NCBI GenBank assembly: GCA_964650565.1
Contig: CAZYUQ010000001.1
Span: forward strand, 1 to 32,721
Reading direction: 5' to 3'
From: an uncultured Candidatus Bathyarchaeia archaeon
GTDB lineage: Archaea; Thermoproteota; Bathyarchaeia; Bathyarchaeales; Bathycorpusculaceae
Length of the DNA: 32,721 nt
Shown here: positions 7,604-15,308 of the stretch, one piece after another
Layout of the letters: the number at the start of each line of letters is the position of its first letter
How positions within the stretch are numbered: position 1 is the first letter of the stretch
The notes under the pieces: generated by a model
Told to the model about the DNA's origin: nothing
The model's input: the letters and a program-made list of their open reading frames with translations, nothing else
Databases searched by the model: none
Made by a program: the position numbers and the translations under genes

Positions 7604-8548
7604 CTACGTTCTCTTCTGACGCTTTTTCCTAACCGCAACAACCGCAACGACTGCAATTACCGCGACCGCGGCAGCCGTAATAACTATTGTTTCCACAGGC
7701 GCTTTCTCCTTCACAGTCGGTAGCACCACTTGGCTTTGCATCAGCGGGTAACGGTCTTGGTTAAGCACGTCAATCACGTAGGGCGTATCGCCAATGCCGT
7801 CGCCGTCAGCGTCCGTCCCGTTGTAGTCGCACCAGTAGTTGCCTTCTTCGCCGTTGTCCCACGTATGCGTATCCTCGGTCATATTGTACTCCTTGCAGAC
7901 GCAACCGTTGAGGTGGTCAGTGTTGTTGTCGAAGGAATTGTGGCTGACCGTTAAATTCGCAGGTATATTTTCAGGTCCGGTGCTGCCGAAAAACATGCCC
8001 ATTTCATTGTCAGCAATATAGTTCCCAATAAAATCGTTATCGGAACCTGAGACCAAGACGCCAACTATGTTGCCTACAATCGCGGTTCCGCTTACAGTGT
8101 TGTTTGGGGACCGAATGTACATGCCTATGCTGAAATCTCTGATGTTCAAGTTCTTAATCGTTAACCCCGTGACGCTTTCGCTTGCCTCGTCGATGCCCAT
8201 CGTGTACGGCACGGTTTCATTCATTTCCGCGTTCGGTCCCTGCCCTATCCACAAATCACTCTGCGTCTCATCCAACGCGCCTCGAAGCGTGTAACCTGCA
8301 CCGTCAATAACCACATCGCTTTTGTTCACAATCAAACACGCATAAACGTCTCCAGTGAAAACGTACGTGTTGCCGCTGCGCTGGATAGGCACCGAATTTG
8401 GGTTAACGCTGCCGTCTGCATTTATGAAAACCGTCTGCATCGCCGTCGCCGCCGTTGCTTTGCCCGCTAGGAACATTGCGGAAACCACCACGGCTATTAA
8501 CGCCACTGCAATTGTTCTCCGCGTGATTCTCGCTTTAAACGCCTTCAT
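7604..8548 (-). CDS. Secreted right-handed beta-helix protein, NosD-type (PbH1/CASH repeats), with C-terminal TM anchor
   Basis: N-terminal signal/TM segment. Repeats with GN/I-x-N periodicity (ITIKNLNIRDF, GNIVGVLVSGSDNDFIGNYIADN). Terminal motif GNYWCDYNGTDADGDGIGDTPYVID....DRYPL, characteristic of NosD domains. C-terminus ITAAAVAVIAVVAVVAV-RKKRQKRT. 14 nt downstream of the polyferredoxin gene. Confidence 0.8.
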   Translation of the reverse strand: MKAFKARITRRTIAVALIAVVVSAMFLAGKATAATAMQTVFINADGSVNPNSVPIQRSGNTYVFTGDVYACLIVNKSDVVIDGAGYTLRGALDETQSDLWIGQGPNAEMNETVPYTMGIDEASESVTGLTIKNLNIRDFSIGMYIRSPNNTVSGTAIVGNIVGVLVSGSDNDFIGNYIADNEMGMFFGSTGPENIPANLTVSHNSFDNNTDHLNGCVCKEYNMTEDTHTWDNGEEGNYWCDYNGTDADGDGIGDTPYVIDVLNQDRYPLMQSQVVLPTVKEKAPVETIVITAAAVAVIAVVAVVAVRKKRQKRT

Positions 8549-8562
8549 TCATGTTTCACCCT

Positions 8563-10164
8563 TTAATTTTCTAGCCAGTTTCGCGACTTAACCACTGTTT
8601 TCCCCGCTACTTTAAAGTTTAAGCACCCCTCGTTGGGGCACATTTCCACGCACCGCAAACAGAGGAGGCAGTTGGATGTGGTTACGTCGCCGCCTTTCTC
8701 CTCGTAAACCTCTTTAACCTGTGTTGGGCACACTCTCTTGCAGATGCCGCATTTTGTGCATTTTTCCTCAACCTTGTGCAGCCGCACTGCTGAAATCCAC
8801 TTGAAAGGCGGAAACCTGTTGAACAATGCTATGAGCGCGCCTAAGGGGCAGATTCGGCACCATGAGCGCCTATAGAAAAAGGCTGCGGCGGTGACTATGA
8901 CGAAAATTGTTATGTTCAGCGAGGTGAGGTATTGTCCTAGCTGGTAGAACTCGCCTGGCATCGCGCTGACGATCCACTCTGGTCTCATAATCCCAACTGT
9001 CAGTTCAGCCATCACGCATATCGGCTTCATGGGGCAGACTTGACAGAATGGCGCTGAAAAATACGCGTAGATGAATCCTCCTTTTTCGGTTCCCGGCACC
9101 AGTTGCGTGCCTGCAATTGCTTGTGCACCAAAAACTACACTTAAAACGATAAGCGCTGCTAAGATAACGTAGCTGAGCTGATGGAATTTCTCGTTGAAGC
9201 CGTCAGAAAAAGTGCGGTACCTGATTTTCAGCGCTTTCCTAATCCGCGTAATCAAGTCTTGGTATAAGCCGAAGGGGCAAATCCAGCCACACCAGAACCT
9301 TCCAAGCACAACAGCCGCTACAACCACTACGCCCAAAACAACCGCTAACCTCTCCAAGCCTGAAGTGTCATAGTGTACTCCCCAGCCGCCGCCAGCGTTC
9401 CAGAACGGGTAAATGTACGTTTGTATCTGCCAGAGGGCGCAGGTCACGGTTCTTCCGCAGGGGTACCAGCAGCCGAAGGTTGGCACGGGCAGCCCATCAG
9501 GCATGGGAAAGCCCAGCAGGTCTGTTCCCACTAAGGTCTCGTGAGGTGCAATTTGCGCGGCGGGAATCGGCAGATTCTGGTGGTCAACGAATATCCCTGA
9601 GAAGAGGATGAAAACAAATATTATCTGGATGAACAGCCTGAAAGAACTGATTTTCTTGGTTTTGTCCCTCATTCCAACCGCAACAGCTACAACGCCGAGG
9701 CTCACGGAAACCACGGCTATTGCGATGACCCAATAGTTGGTTTTGAACGGCGACACAAAATACGGCATCGGCGTCGGATTAATGGGAGGCAACGGGTCTT
9801 CTACAATAACGTATAGTCTGTCGCATATGAAGCCGTAAATGGGAAAAACGTTCCAGTATCCTGCTGTGTCCAGCGTCTCGGTGACTGTGAACTCGCCTGT
9901 TTCGCTGTCAGTTAACACGTACTGTTCCACGTAAGTGTAGTCTGGTCTTGTGAATGCCACTCTGATTGTGGTGTTTGGCGCTGGAGGACATATCTGTCCT
10001 GTCACGGTTACAGACTCGTTAATTTTGATTTGGGTGCTGCTTATGTTCGCAGTTATACACGGGCCATAACAGGCTTTAGCGGGTTGAACGTTGCTACTGC
10101 TGCTAAGCGCAAGCAAAAACGCGAGGGCTACCAGAGCAAAACAGAAAGCAAGTTGCTGTTTCAC
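8563..10164 (-). CDS. Membrane polyferredoxin of the NapH/NosH/MauN/CcoG type with an N-terminal secreted Ig-like domain
   Basis: GTG start with GAGGG upstream. Signal peptide (ALVALAFLLALSSSS), a roughly 100-aa beta-rich domain, then about 5-6 TMs. Two CX3CP motifs (FWCGWICPFG, SWCRICPLG) and two 4Fe-4S motifs (CTKCGICKRVCP, CLLCLRCVEMCP). Confidence 0.8.
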   Translation of the reverse strand: MKQQLAFCFALVALAFLLALSSSSNVQPAKACYGPCITANISSTQIKINESVTVTGQICPPAPNTTIRVAFTRPDYTYVEQYVLTDSETGEFTVTETLDTAGYWNVFPIYGFICDRLYVIVEDPLPPINPTPMPYFVSPFKTNYWVIAIAVVSVSLGVVAVAVGMRDKTKKISSFRLFIQIIFVFILFSGIFVDHQNLPIPAAQIAPHETLVGTDLLGFPMPDGLPVPTFGCWYPCGRTVTCALWQIQTYIYPFWNAGGGWGVHYDTSGLERLAVVLGVVVVAAVVLGRFWCGWICPFGLYQDLITRIRKALKIRYRTFSDGFNEKFHQLSYVILAALIVLSVVFGAQAIAGTQLVPGTEKGGFIYAYFSAPFCQVCPMKPICVMAELTVGIMRPEWIVSAMPGEFYQLGQYLTSLNITIFVIVTAAAFFYRRSWCRICPLGALIALFNRFPPFKWISAVRLHKVEEKCTKCGICKRVCPTQVKEVYEEKGGDVTTSNCLLCLRCVEMCPNEGCLNFKVAGKTVVKSRNWLEN

Positions 10165-10402
10165 ATACTAGCCCTCAAGTACTAGTTACCTCATTCTATG
10201 CTCATATAATTTTTGCAGAAACAACAGTAAGGTTGGCGCAACTTGATTGCCACTTGTTAACAAGAACTGATAAGAGCGCAAAAGCTCATTTCGTCCTGCT
10301 GAATTCCCGCTTGAAACCCGAGAAATGCTCTTCTCTTCATGTTCTGTTTGTTTTTAAATTAAGAAAAAGGGGAAAGATGATTTTGGCTGCTTTCCGTGTC
10401 AG

Positions 10403-12973
10403 CTAACGCTTTCTAAGCAACGCAATCAAGCTTATGACGATGGCTATGATGACCGCCGCTAGTATGGCGTACATCATCGGCATGTAGTCAGGTGTTTCTT
10501 CTGGTGGCTGTGTAGGTGTTACTACTGGTGCTTCTCCTACGCCTACGTAAGTTTGTGCGAATGAGCTGCCGTATGAATCATCGCCCATGAACGTTGCTGT
10601 TACCGAGTATTGTCCTGGAACTTCTGGTTCCCAGGTGTAGCCGAATGTTCCGCTGTACCCGTCCGTGGTCACATCAGCAATGTGCACGTAGTTGCCGTTA
10701 GGATCAAGAGTATCCAACGACACTGGAACACCTGTTATTGTTTCGTTGTTCCAGATTCCGGCGATCGGTTGTTGCAAGTGTAAGTATTCCATTTGCGTGG
10801 TCATTGAGTCTTTGGATACGCAGGGCGTGCCCTCTTGAGCTGGAGATAGGTCCAGCACAGTGCCTTCAATTACGACCGTTTCGCCATCTGTAATGGTTTT
10901 TGGTCCTATCATGATTGTTGTTGCGCTTTTGCCCTTGCCAAAGATGTACTGGTATCCGTCCCTTGAGTCGGCGGCTGCCAAGTATCCGTCAGCTACTGAG
11001 CCGATGGACATTGGGTTACCTAGTTCCCACACGCGCGTTCCGTCGGTGATGTTGATGCAGTGTATGCCCCACCCTCTGGTTAGTGGCCAGCTTTCCGTGT
11101 GCTCAGTATTGTAGGTCCACATTTTTCCGTCAGCGATGGTTGCGCCAGTGTTGAATGAATAGACAGTTGTGCCATTCCTGTCAATGTATGGGCTTTCGTA
11201 CATGGATTTCGCGATTGCCTCGTAATGCCACACGATGCTGCCGTCATCCCAGTCAAAAGCGTAAACCCCATCGTAAGCTTCGCGGAACAGCATGCCATAA
11301 GCTGACTGTATCGAGTAAGCTCCAAAGGCAGGTTCGCTCCAGGGATAGTCCATTGCCTCGCCTTTCCAAGCCAAGTTTCCTGTTCGCAGATCCCAAGCCA
11401 TAAAGTAACCGCCCATCATCAGTGCAGCTACTTTGCCGTGGTCAGCAACGCTGCAAGCAGAGCTGTAGCATGTGTCAGGAACTGTTTTCTCCCATAGCAT
11501 TTCACCTGTATACAAGTTGTATCCTCGAACAGTGGTTCCGTACCATGCACCCAGTGAGTCAGGAGTAAGAGACGACACTGAAGCGCCATAGCCTGTATTC
11601 CAGTCTATCAATGTAGGCAAACCTGTGCCTGAATATGTATCGTTGCTTACTATTCTTGTAGTATAGTCAGCGGAAGACCCAGATGTGGTCCAGTTAATCA
11701 AACGACCGCCTACAACACCCAAGACGTAGCCTTCCATCTGATTATGGAACGTGCCCGTCAAAGGCGAAACCGAAACGTTCGTTGATACAACTCCCGTATA
11801 CGGGTTCCACTTGATCAGCCTGCCGCCGCTTATCGCTACTAGCTCAACTGCCCAAGTTCTGCCTGCTGCAGCACCCGGCACTTCCAAGAACGCATTTGTG
11901 GTGTAGACAACGTATTGTGGCATCAACGTAGTGGTAAATGTGAATCCGAAAAACGACATCGTACTTGTTGCTGCTGGTACTTCAAAGAAGACTTCGCCTG
12001 TGCGTATGTCGTAGCACCGCATGTAAGTTGCTCCATCGCCTGGTTTTGGGTAGCTGTCATACGCCCGTCCAGCGTAAATCAAGCTTGGGTTGGGTAGACC
12101 GCCGCCAAAACCGCCCGCAGTAATGCCTAATTGTCCACCTGGTCCCCCAGTCAGCCCTGCTATGCCGCCTTGGCGCTTCCACACTATGTGGGCTGTGTTT
12201 GGTCCTATTACCCACGGGTGGAAGTTGTATTGGCTGCTCCAGCACGGGTTCGTATCAGGGTATAGTTCATCCCACTTGTTCTGAGCAATGGTTTCGCTAC
12301 CTGCAACCGTGTAGCCGGTGCCCGGGTAGTTGCCTAGAATCGACCACCACTCCCTGTTTTCTAGAGAGACGGGTCTTGTCCAGTAGTCAGTTGGCAACGC
12401 TGCTTCAGGCCAAGAATACACCATGTTCTCCTGTACGGTCAGCGTTTGCTCTGGTGTTGAGTCGGGTTCGTAGTAGACTCCCTCGTTTGCAGTATATGGC
12501 GCGGTGCCCATTACAGCGCCTGGAGCGGGAGTGTAGATGCCTGGTGGGAAGTAGGCGCCTGGGAACTCGAATTTGAGTGTCCACTCACCCACTTGGTCTG
12601 CTATGTACTCGAACCATGCCGTTGTGTCTGCGCGGTACGAGTTCATCACGACCTCGTCTACGGTTCCGTCTGGTTTCGTGATTATCACTTTGTAGTCTTT
12701 CATGTATCGGCTTGCATGAGTTGCTGGGTTAAGCCACATGTTAACCAGAAACGTCTGGCCCTCACCAACAGGGTTTGGCCTGAAGCTGAGGAACGCATGC
12801 GTTTCAACAGTTAAACCCACCGTAGCACCGGAAGGCAAAGGTCCAGGTGTTGAACCTCCTTCCTGCTCGGTTAATTGAGCTTGCACTGGTATCATAGTCA
12901 ACGTAACTGTCGCTGTCATAAGCAATATGGTCATTATAGTAGCTGCTTTTGCCATGTTTCGTGAAAATTGCAC
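10403..12973 (-). CDS. Large secreted PQQ-like (BamB-like) beta-propeller repeat protein with N- and C-terminal Ig-like domains and a C-terminal TM anchor
   Basis: Signal peptide MAKAATIMTILLMTATVTLTMIPVQAQ. About 8 repeats of the type YDIRTGEVFFE, YNLYTGEMLWE, WDLRTGNLAWK, FDWDDGSIVWH, INITDGTRVWE. C-terminal Ig-like domain (DGYSGTFGYTWEPEVPGQYSVTATF). C-terminus AILAAVIIAIVISLIALL-RKR. Start is GTG 12973 (GGAGG 8 nt upstream) or ATG 12955. Confidence 0.75.
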   Translation of the reverse strand: MQFSRNMAKAATIMTILLMTATVTLTMIPVQAQLTEQEGGSTPGPLPSGATVGLTVETHAFLSFRPNPVGEGQTFLVNMWLNPATHASRYMKDYKVIITKPDGTVDEVVMNSYRADTTAWFEYIADQVGEWTLKFEFPGAYFPPGIYTPAPGAVMGTAPYTANEGVYYEPDSTPEQTLTVQENMVYSWPEAALPTDYWTRPVSLENREWWSILGNYPGTGYTVAGSETIAQNKWDELYPDTNPCWSSQYNFHPWVIGPNTAHIVWKRQGGIAGLTGGPGGQLGITAGGFGGGLPNPSLIYAGRAYDSYPKPGDGATYMRCYDIRTGEVFFEVPAATSTMSFFGFTFTTTLMPQYVVYTTNAFLEVPGAAAGRTWAVELVAISGGRLIKWNPYTGVVSTNVSVSPLTGTFHNQMEGYVLGVVGGRLINWTTSGSSADYTTRIVSNDTYSGTGLPTLIDWNTGYGASVSSLTPDSLGAWYGTTVRGYNLYTGEMLWEKTVPDTCYSSACSVADHGKVAALMMGGYFMAWDLRTGNLAWKGEAMDYPWSEPAFGAYSIQSAYGMLFREAYDGVYAFDWDDGSIVWHYEAIAKSMYESPYIDRNGTTVYSFNTGATIADGKMWTYNTEHTESWPLTRGWGIHCINITDGTRVWELGNPMSIGSVADGYLAAADSRDGYQYIFGKGKSATTIMIGPKTITDGETVVIEGTVLDLSPAQEGTPCVSKDSMTTQMEYLHLQQPIAGIWNNETITGVPVSLDTLDPNGNYVHIADVTTDGYSGTFGYTWEPEVPGQYSVTATFMGDDSYGSSFAQTYVGVGEAPVVTPTQPPEETPDYMPMMYAILAAVIIAIVISLIALLRKR

Positions 12974-13244
12974 TTCTTTTTCCTCCTAATTAGGTGAGTG
13001 CAATTATCTTCATTATGTCTATTTAACTTTTGTCATAACCTTGCTTGTTATGTTGCCATGGTTCGTTTATAAGCGCAAACTAGCTGGATTGACGTGGTAA
13101 GTCGCTCCAGTTTGTGCTCGAACGTAATAAAACATTGCTTGTCGGCAACTTTACTGTAAAATGTTGTCTTTATTAGTGACTAAATGAAAGCGGCGGGTAG
13201 CCCCCTGTGTATGTTCAGCCGTCCAACTTCGATTTTTTCAAAAG

Positions 13245-13252
13245 ATATATAA
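13245..13252 (+). promoter_or_regulatory. Candidate TATA box upstream of the dcd-like gene
   Basis: ATATATAA about 44 nt upstream of TTG 13296. GGAGG at 13282-13286 provides a Shine-Dalgarno-like site. Confidence 0.35.
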
Positions 13253-13295
13253 CACGCCAGCGCCGTATTGGTTAAAAGTTTGGAGGCGTGAACAG

Positions 13296-13817
13296 TTGGG
13301 AGTCTTAGGAAGAGACAAAATAAAAGAATTAATCGACAACTACAAGGTCATTTACCCCCATGACTACACTTTACTAGACGGTGACGGCTACATCCTAACT
13401 GTTAAAGAAGAAACCACCGTCAACTACTTGGAACACAAAAACATAGTATCCCACGAAGTTGTTTTCACCCCGCCAAACCTCGTAGCTCACTTGACAGCTA
13501 AAAGCAAGTACGGACGAATGGGTTTATCCTTCCTGAACGCTGCCAAAGTGCACAGCGGCTTCATCGGGCGCATCGTGCTTGAAGTCGTGAACTTAAGCAA
13601 CGACCGAAAACCCATAATCATCAAACGCGGCGACCCCTTCATGCACGTGGAGTTCATCACGCGCGACGGCGAACCCGCACCGTACATGGGCGAATTCCAA
13701 TTCCAATACTTGACAGATGAAGAAATACATATGTACATTCCCATTCTGGAAAAAGTTTTCCCCAACTACGAAGAACTCGCCAAAACATGGTTCAAAAACA
13801 AGCGCTTACAAGGATAA
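13296..13817 (+). CDS. dcd: dCTP deaminase / dUTPase superfamily protein (Dcd-like, divergent)
   Basis: 173 aa. N-terminus GRDKIKELIDNYKVI, then SKYGRMGL, HSGFIGRIVLEVVNLS, IKRGDPFMHVEF and PYMGEFQFQ follow the Dcd/Dut beta-barrel pattern (GRSSxxRxGL, DPGFxGxxTLEL, Y.G.YQ.Q). The canonical DPGF is HSGF here. Confidence 0.7.
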   Translation: MGVLGRDKIKELIDNYKVIYPHDYTLLDGDGYILTVKEETTVNYLEHKNIVSHEVVFTPPNLVAHLTAKSKYGRMGLSFLNAAKVHSGFIGRIVLEVVNLSNDRKPIIIKRGDPFMHVEFITRDGEPAPYMGEFQFQYLTDEEIHMYIPILEKVFPNYEELAKTWFKNKRLQG

Positions 13818-13826
13818 GCCGCTTGC

Positions 13827-15140
13827 CTATTTCTGGAACACAAAAATTTCCCTACCCACCTTATGCCTCTCCTCAGCGTCAACAAAAGACGCCATACCCG
13901 CCATTTCCCTCTTCACTTCAACCTCTTCAGCGAAAACCTTCTCCTGAAACAGATACACCCGCTTGAAACCAACGCTTACGGCTTTCGCGCCAACAGGCAT
14001 AGTGACAGGCTTACCTGAACGCGTTCGCATGTACGGCGCCACAAGCACCAACCGCCCCTCCTTCTTCAGCACCCTGTAAGCTTCCTCCAAGAAACCCCAG
14101 TACAAAGGCTCAAGCCTTGCAAGTATTTTGCCTGCATACGGCGCAGTGGGAACCTGCCGCAGTGCTGGACCCAAATCAGGCTCAGTCACTATGCAATCTA
14201 CCTCCTCCCCAAGTTTTTCCGCTAACCTGAGCGCGTCACCCTTCACAACCGCGTACTCCACCCCTTTCAACGCATACTCTTTTTTAAGCCACTCCAAATT
14301 AGCTGTGGCAGCTTTGACACACCACGGGTTTATGTCCACCCCAACCACTCTCGCTTTCGCCAGCAGTGCTTCCTGCAGGATTGTGCCGACTCCGCAGAAC
14401 GGGTCAACCAAAAGCTTCCCAGCAGTACACGAAGCCAAGTTCACCATAATCTTCGCCAGCCGTGGCGATATGGCAAAAATTTTACGCTGCATCGGCTTGT
14501 CAACATCGCGTTTCTGGAATTCAAACGGGTCATGCACCGCTACGGTAGTGGCAGCCACCGTCTGTTTTTTACCTATACAGACTAATGTTTCCGCTTTGTT
14601 TTCCACAAAGTTTTTCTTCAAAACTTCCACATGACTCAGCTGCGGCTTTTCCCTATTCACAGCAAAGCCCATGAAACTTGATTTCCTGCCGTGCGCCGCC
14701 AACTCCCGCTTTATACTGCTTCCCACAAACCGCTGAATGCTCTTGGAAACTGAACGCAAAGAATCCTCTGCACAGTATACGCTTACGCCGAAAACATTTT
14801 TCGCCGGCGGCGCCTCCAGAATTTCAGCGACTAAGCCGCTTACCGCGATTTCTCTTCTTAGCTGTTCTCGCGCCTGCTTGTTCTTCTGGAGAAACGCTTT
14901 TTCCACAATCTGCGTTGCGAAATCCGCTTTTACCGCTCCAATCTTCAAGATTCCACCTAAATCTTCAATTATTAACGCGCTTTCACCATTCTCAATGTCG
15001 ACGACGAAGAATTCTCTCGAAATCTGGTGCACTTCAAACAGTGCTTCCCTAGTTTTAAAAAACGCGATAAGCTCCGCTAGCGATAGTTTCCAGTTTTTTC
15101 CTGAAATAAGCACGTAAGTTGCCTTTGTAACGCTGGGCAT
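13827..15140 (-). CDS. SAM-dependent RNA methyltransferase with an N-terminal THUMP-like region (Trm11/Trm-G10/UPF0020-like)
   Basis: 437 aa. SAM motif I LVDPFCGVGTILQEA, VVGVDIN, and a motif IV-like VTEPDLGP. The long N-terminal region is consistent with an RNA-binding module. The exact tRNA/rRNA target cannot be assigned. Confidence 0.65.
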   Translation of the reverse strand: MPSVTKATYVLISGKNWKLSLAELIAFFKTREALFEVHQISREFFVVDIENGESALIIEDLGGILKIGAVKADFATQIVEKAFLQKNKQAREQLRREIAVSGLVAEILEAPPAKNVFGVSVYCAEDSLRSVSKSIQRFVGSSIKRELAAHGRKSSFMGFAVNREKPQLSHVEVLKKNFVENKAETLVCIGKKQTVAATTVAVHDPFEFQKRDVDKPMQRKIFAISPRLAKIMVNLASCTAGKLLVDPFCGVGTILQEALLAKARVVGVDINPWCVKAATANLEWLKKEYALKGVEYAVVKGDALRLAEKLGEEVDCIVTEPDLGPALRQVPTAPYAGKILARLEPLYWGFLEEAYRVLKKEGRLVLVAPYMRTRSGKPVTMPVGAKAVSVGFKRVYLFQEKVFAEEVEVKREMAGMASFVDAEERHKVGREIFVFQK

Positions 15141-15165
15141 TTCACAAATGCTAAAGCCGACCTTA

Positions 15166-15173
15166 CTATATAA
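15166..15173 (-). promoter_or_regulatory. Candidate TATA box for the methyltransferase gene (leaderless geometry)
   Basis: The minus strand reads TTATATAG, ending 25 nt upstream of the ATG at 15140. Confidence 0.45.
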
Positions 15174-15266
15174 GCAAGCGACCCCTTTTTGCTCAAATAG
15201 CCTCTTGCCCGCTTAACTGGAAAAGTAGACAAACATGCAGCGGTCAACGGATATCATTGCAAATCG

Positions 15267-15274
15267 TTTAAATA
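15267..15274 (+). promoter_or_regulatory. Candidate TATA box for rpl10e (leaderless or near-leaderless geometry)
   Basis: TTTAAATA. It is only 7 nt from the track start (15282) but 34 nt from ATG 15309, which argues for the downstream start. Confidence 0.45.
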
Positions 15275-15308
15275 GCGCTTAATGGTGTATGCTAAAAAGG
15301 GATATCGC

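Noticed and set aside
7204-7656. Minus-strand 150-aa ORF overlapping the 3' half of the CcdA-like gene
   Set aside because: It is antisense to a hydrophobic membrane-protein gene with consistent TM periodicity, and its own product has no features. The beta-helix gene starts cleanly at 8548 and ends at 7604.
10403-12973. Idea that the 856-aa propeller is a divergent nitrous-oxide reductase (NosZ), given the NosD/NosH-like neighbours
   Set aside because: It has no DxHH-type paired histidines and only 11 scattered His. It has no C-terminal cupredoxin CuA motif (C-x3-C-x3-H-x2-M); the only close Cys pair is CYSSAC. The repeats look like PQQ/BamB-type blades (about 8) rather than the 7-bladed NosZ.
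13296-13817. Anti-phage dCTP-deaminase defence gene
   Set aside because: The described defensive dCTP deaminases are zinc-dependent cytidine-deaminase-fold proteins with extra domains. This is a small trimeric Dcd/Dut-fold housekeeping-type protein, with no neighbouring defence or mobile genes.
14128-15117. Plus-strand ORFs 14128..14634, 14678..15052 and 14737..15117
   Set aside because: They are antisense or alternate-frame ORFs within the methyltransferase gene, with Ser/Thr/Pro-rich low-complexity products and no motifs.
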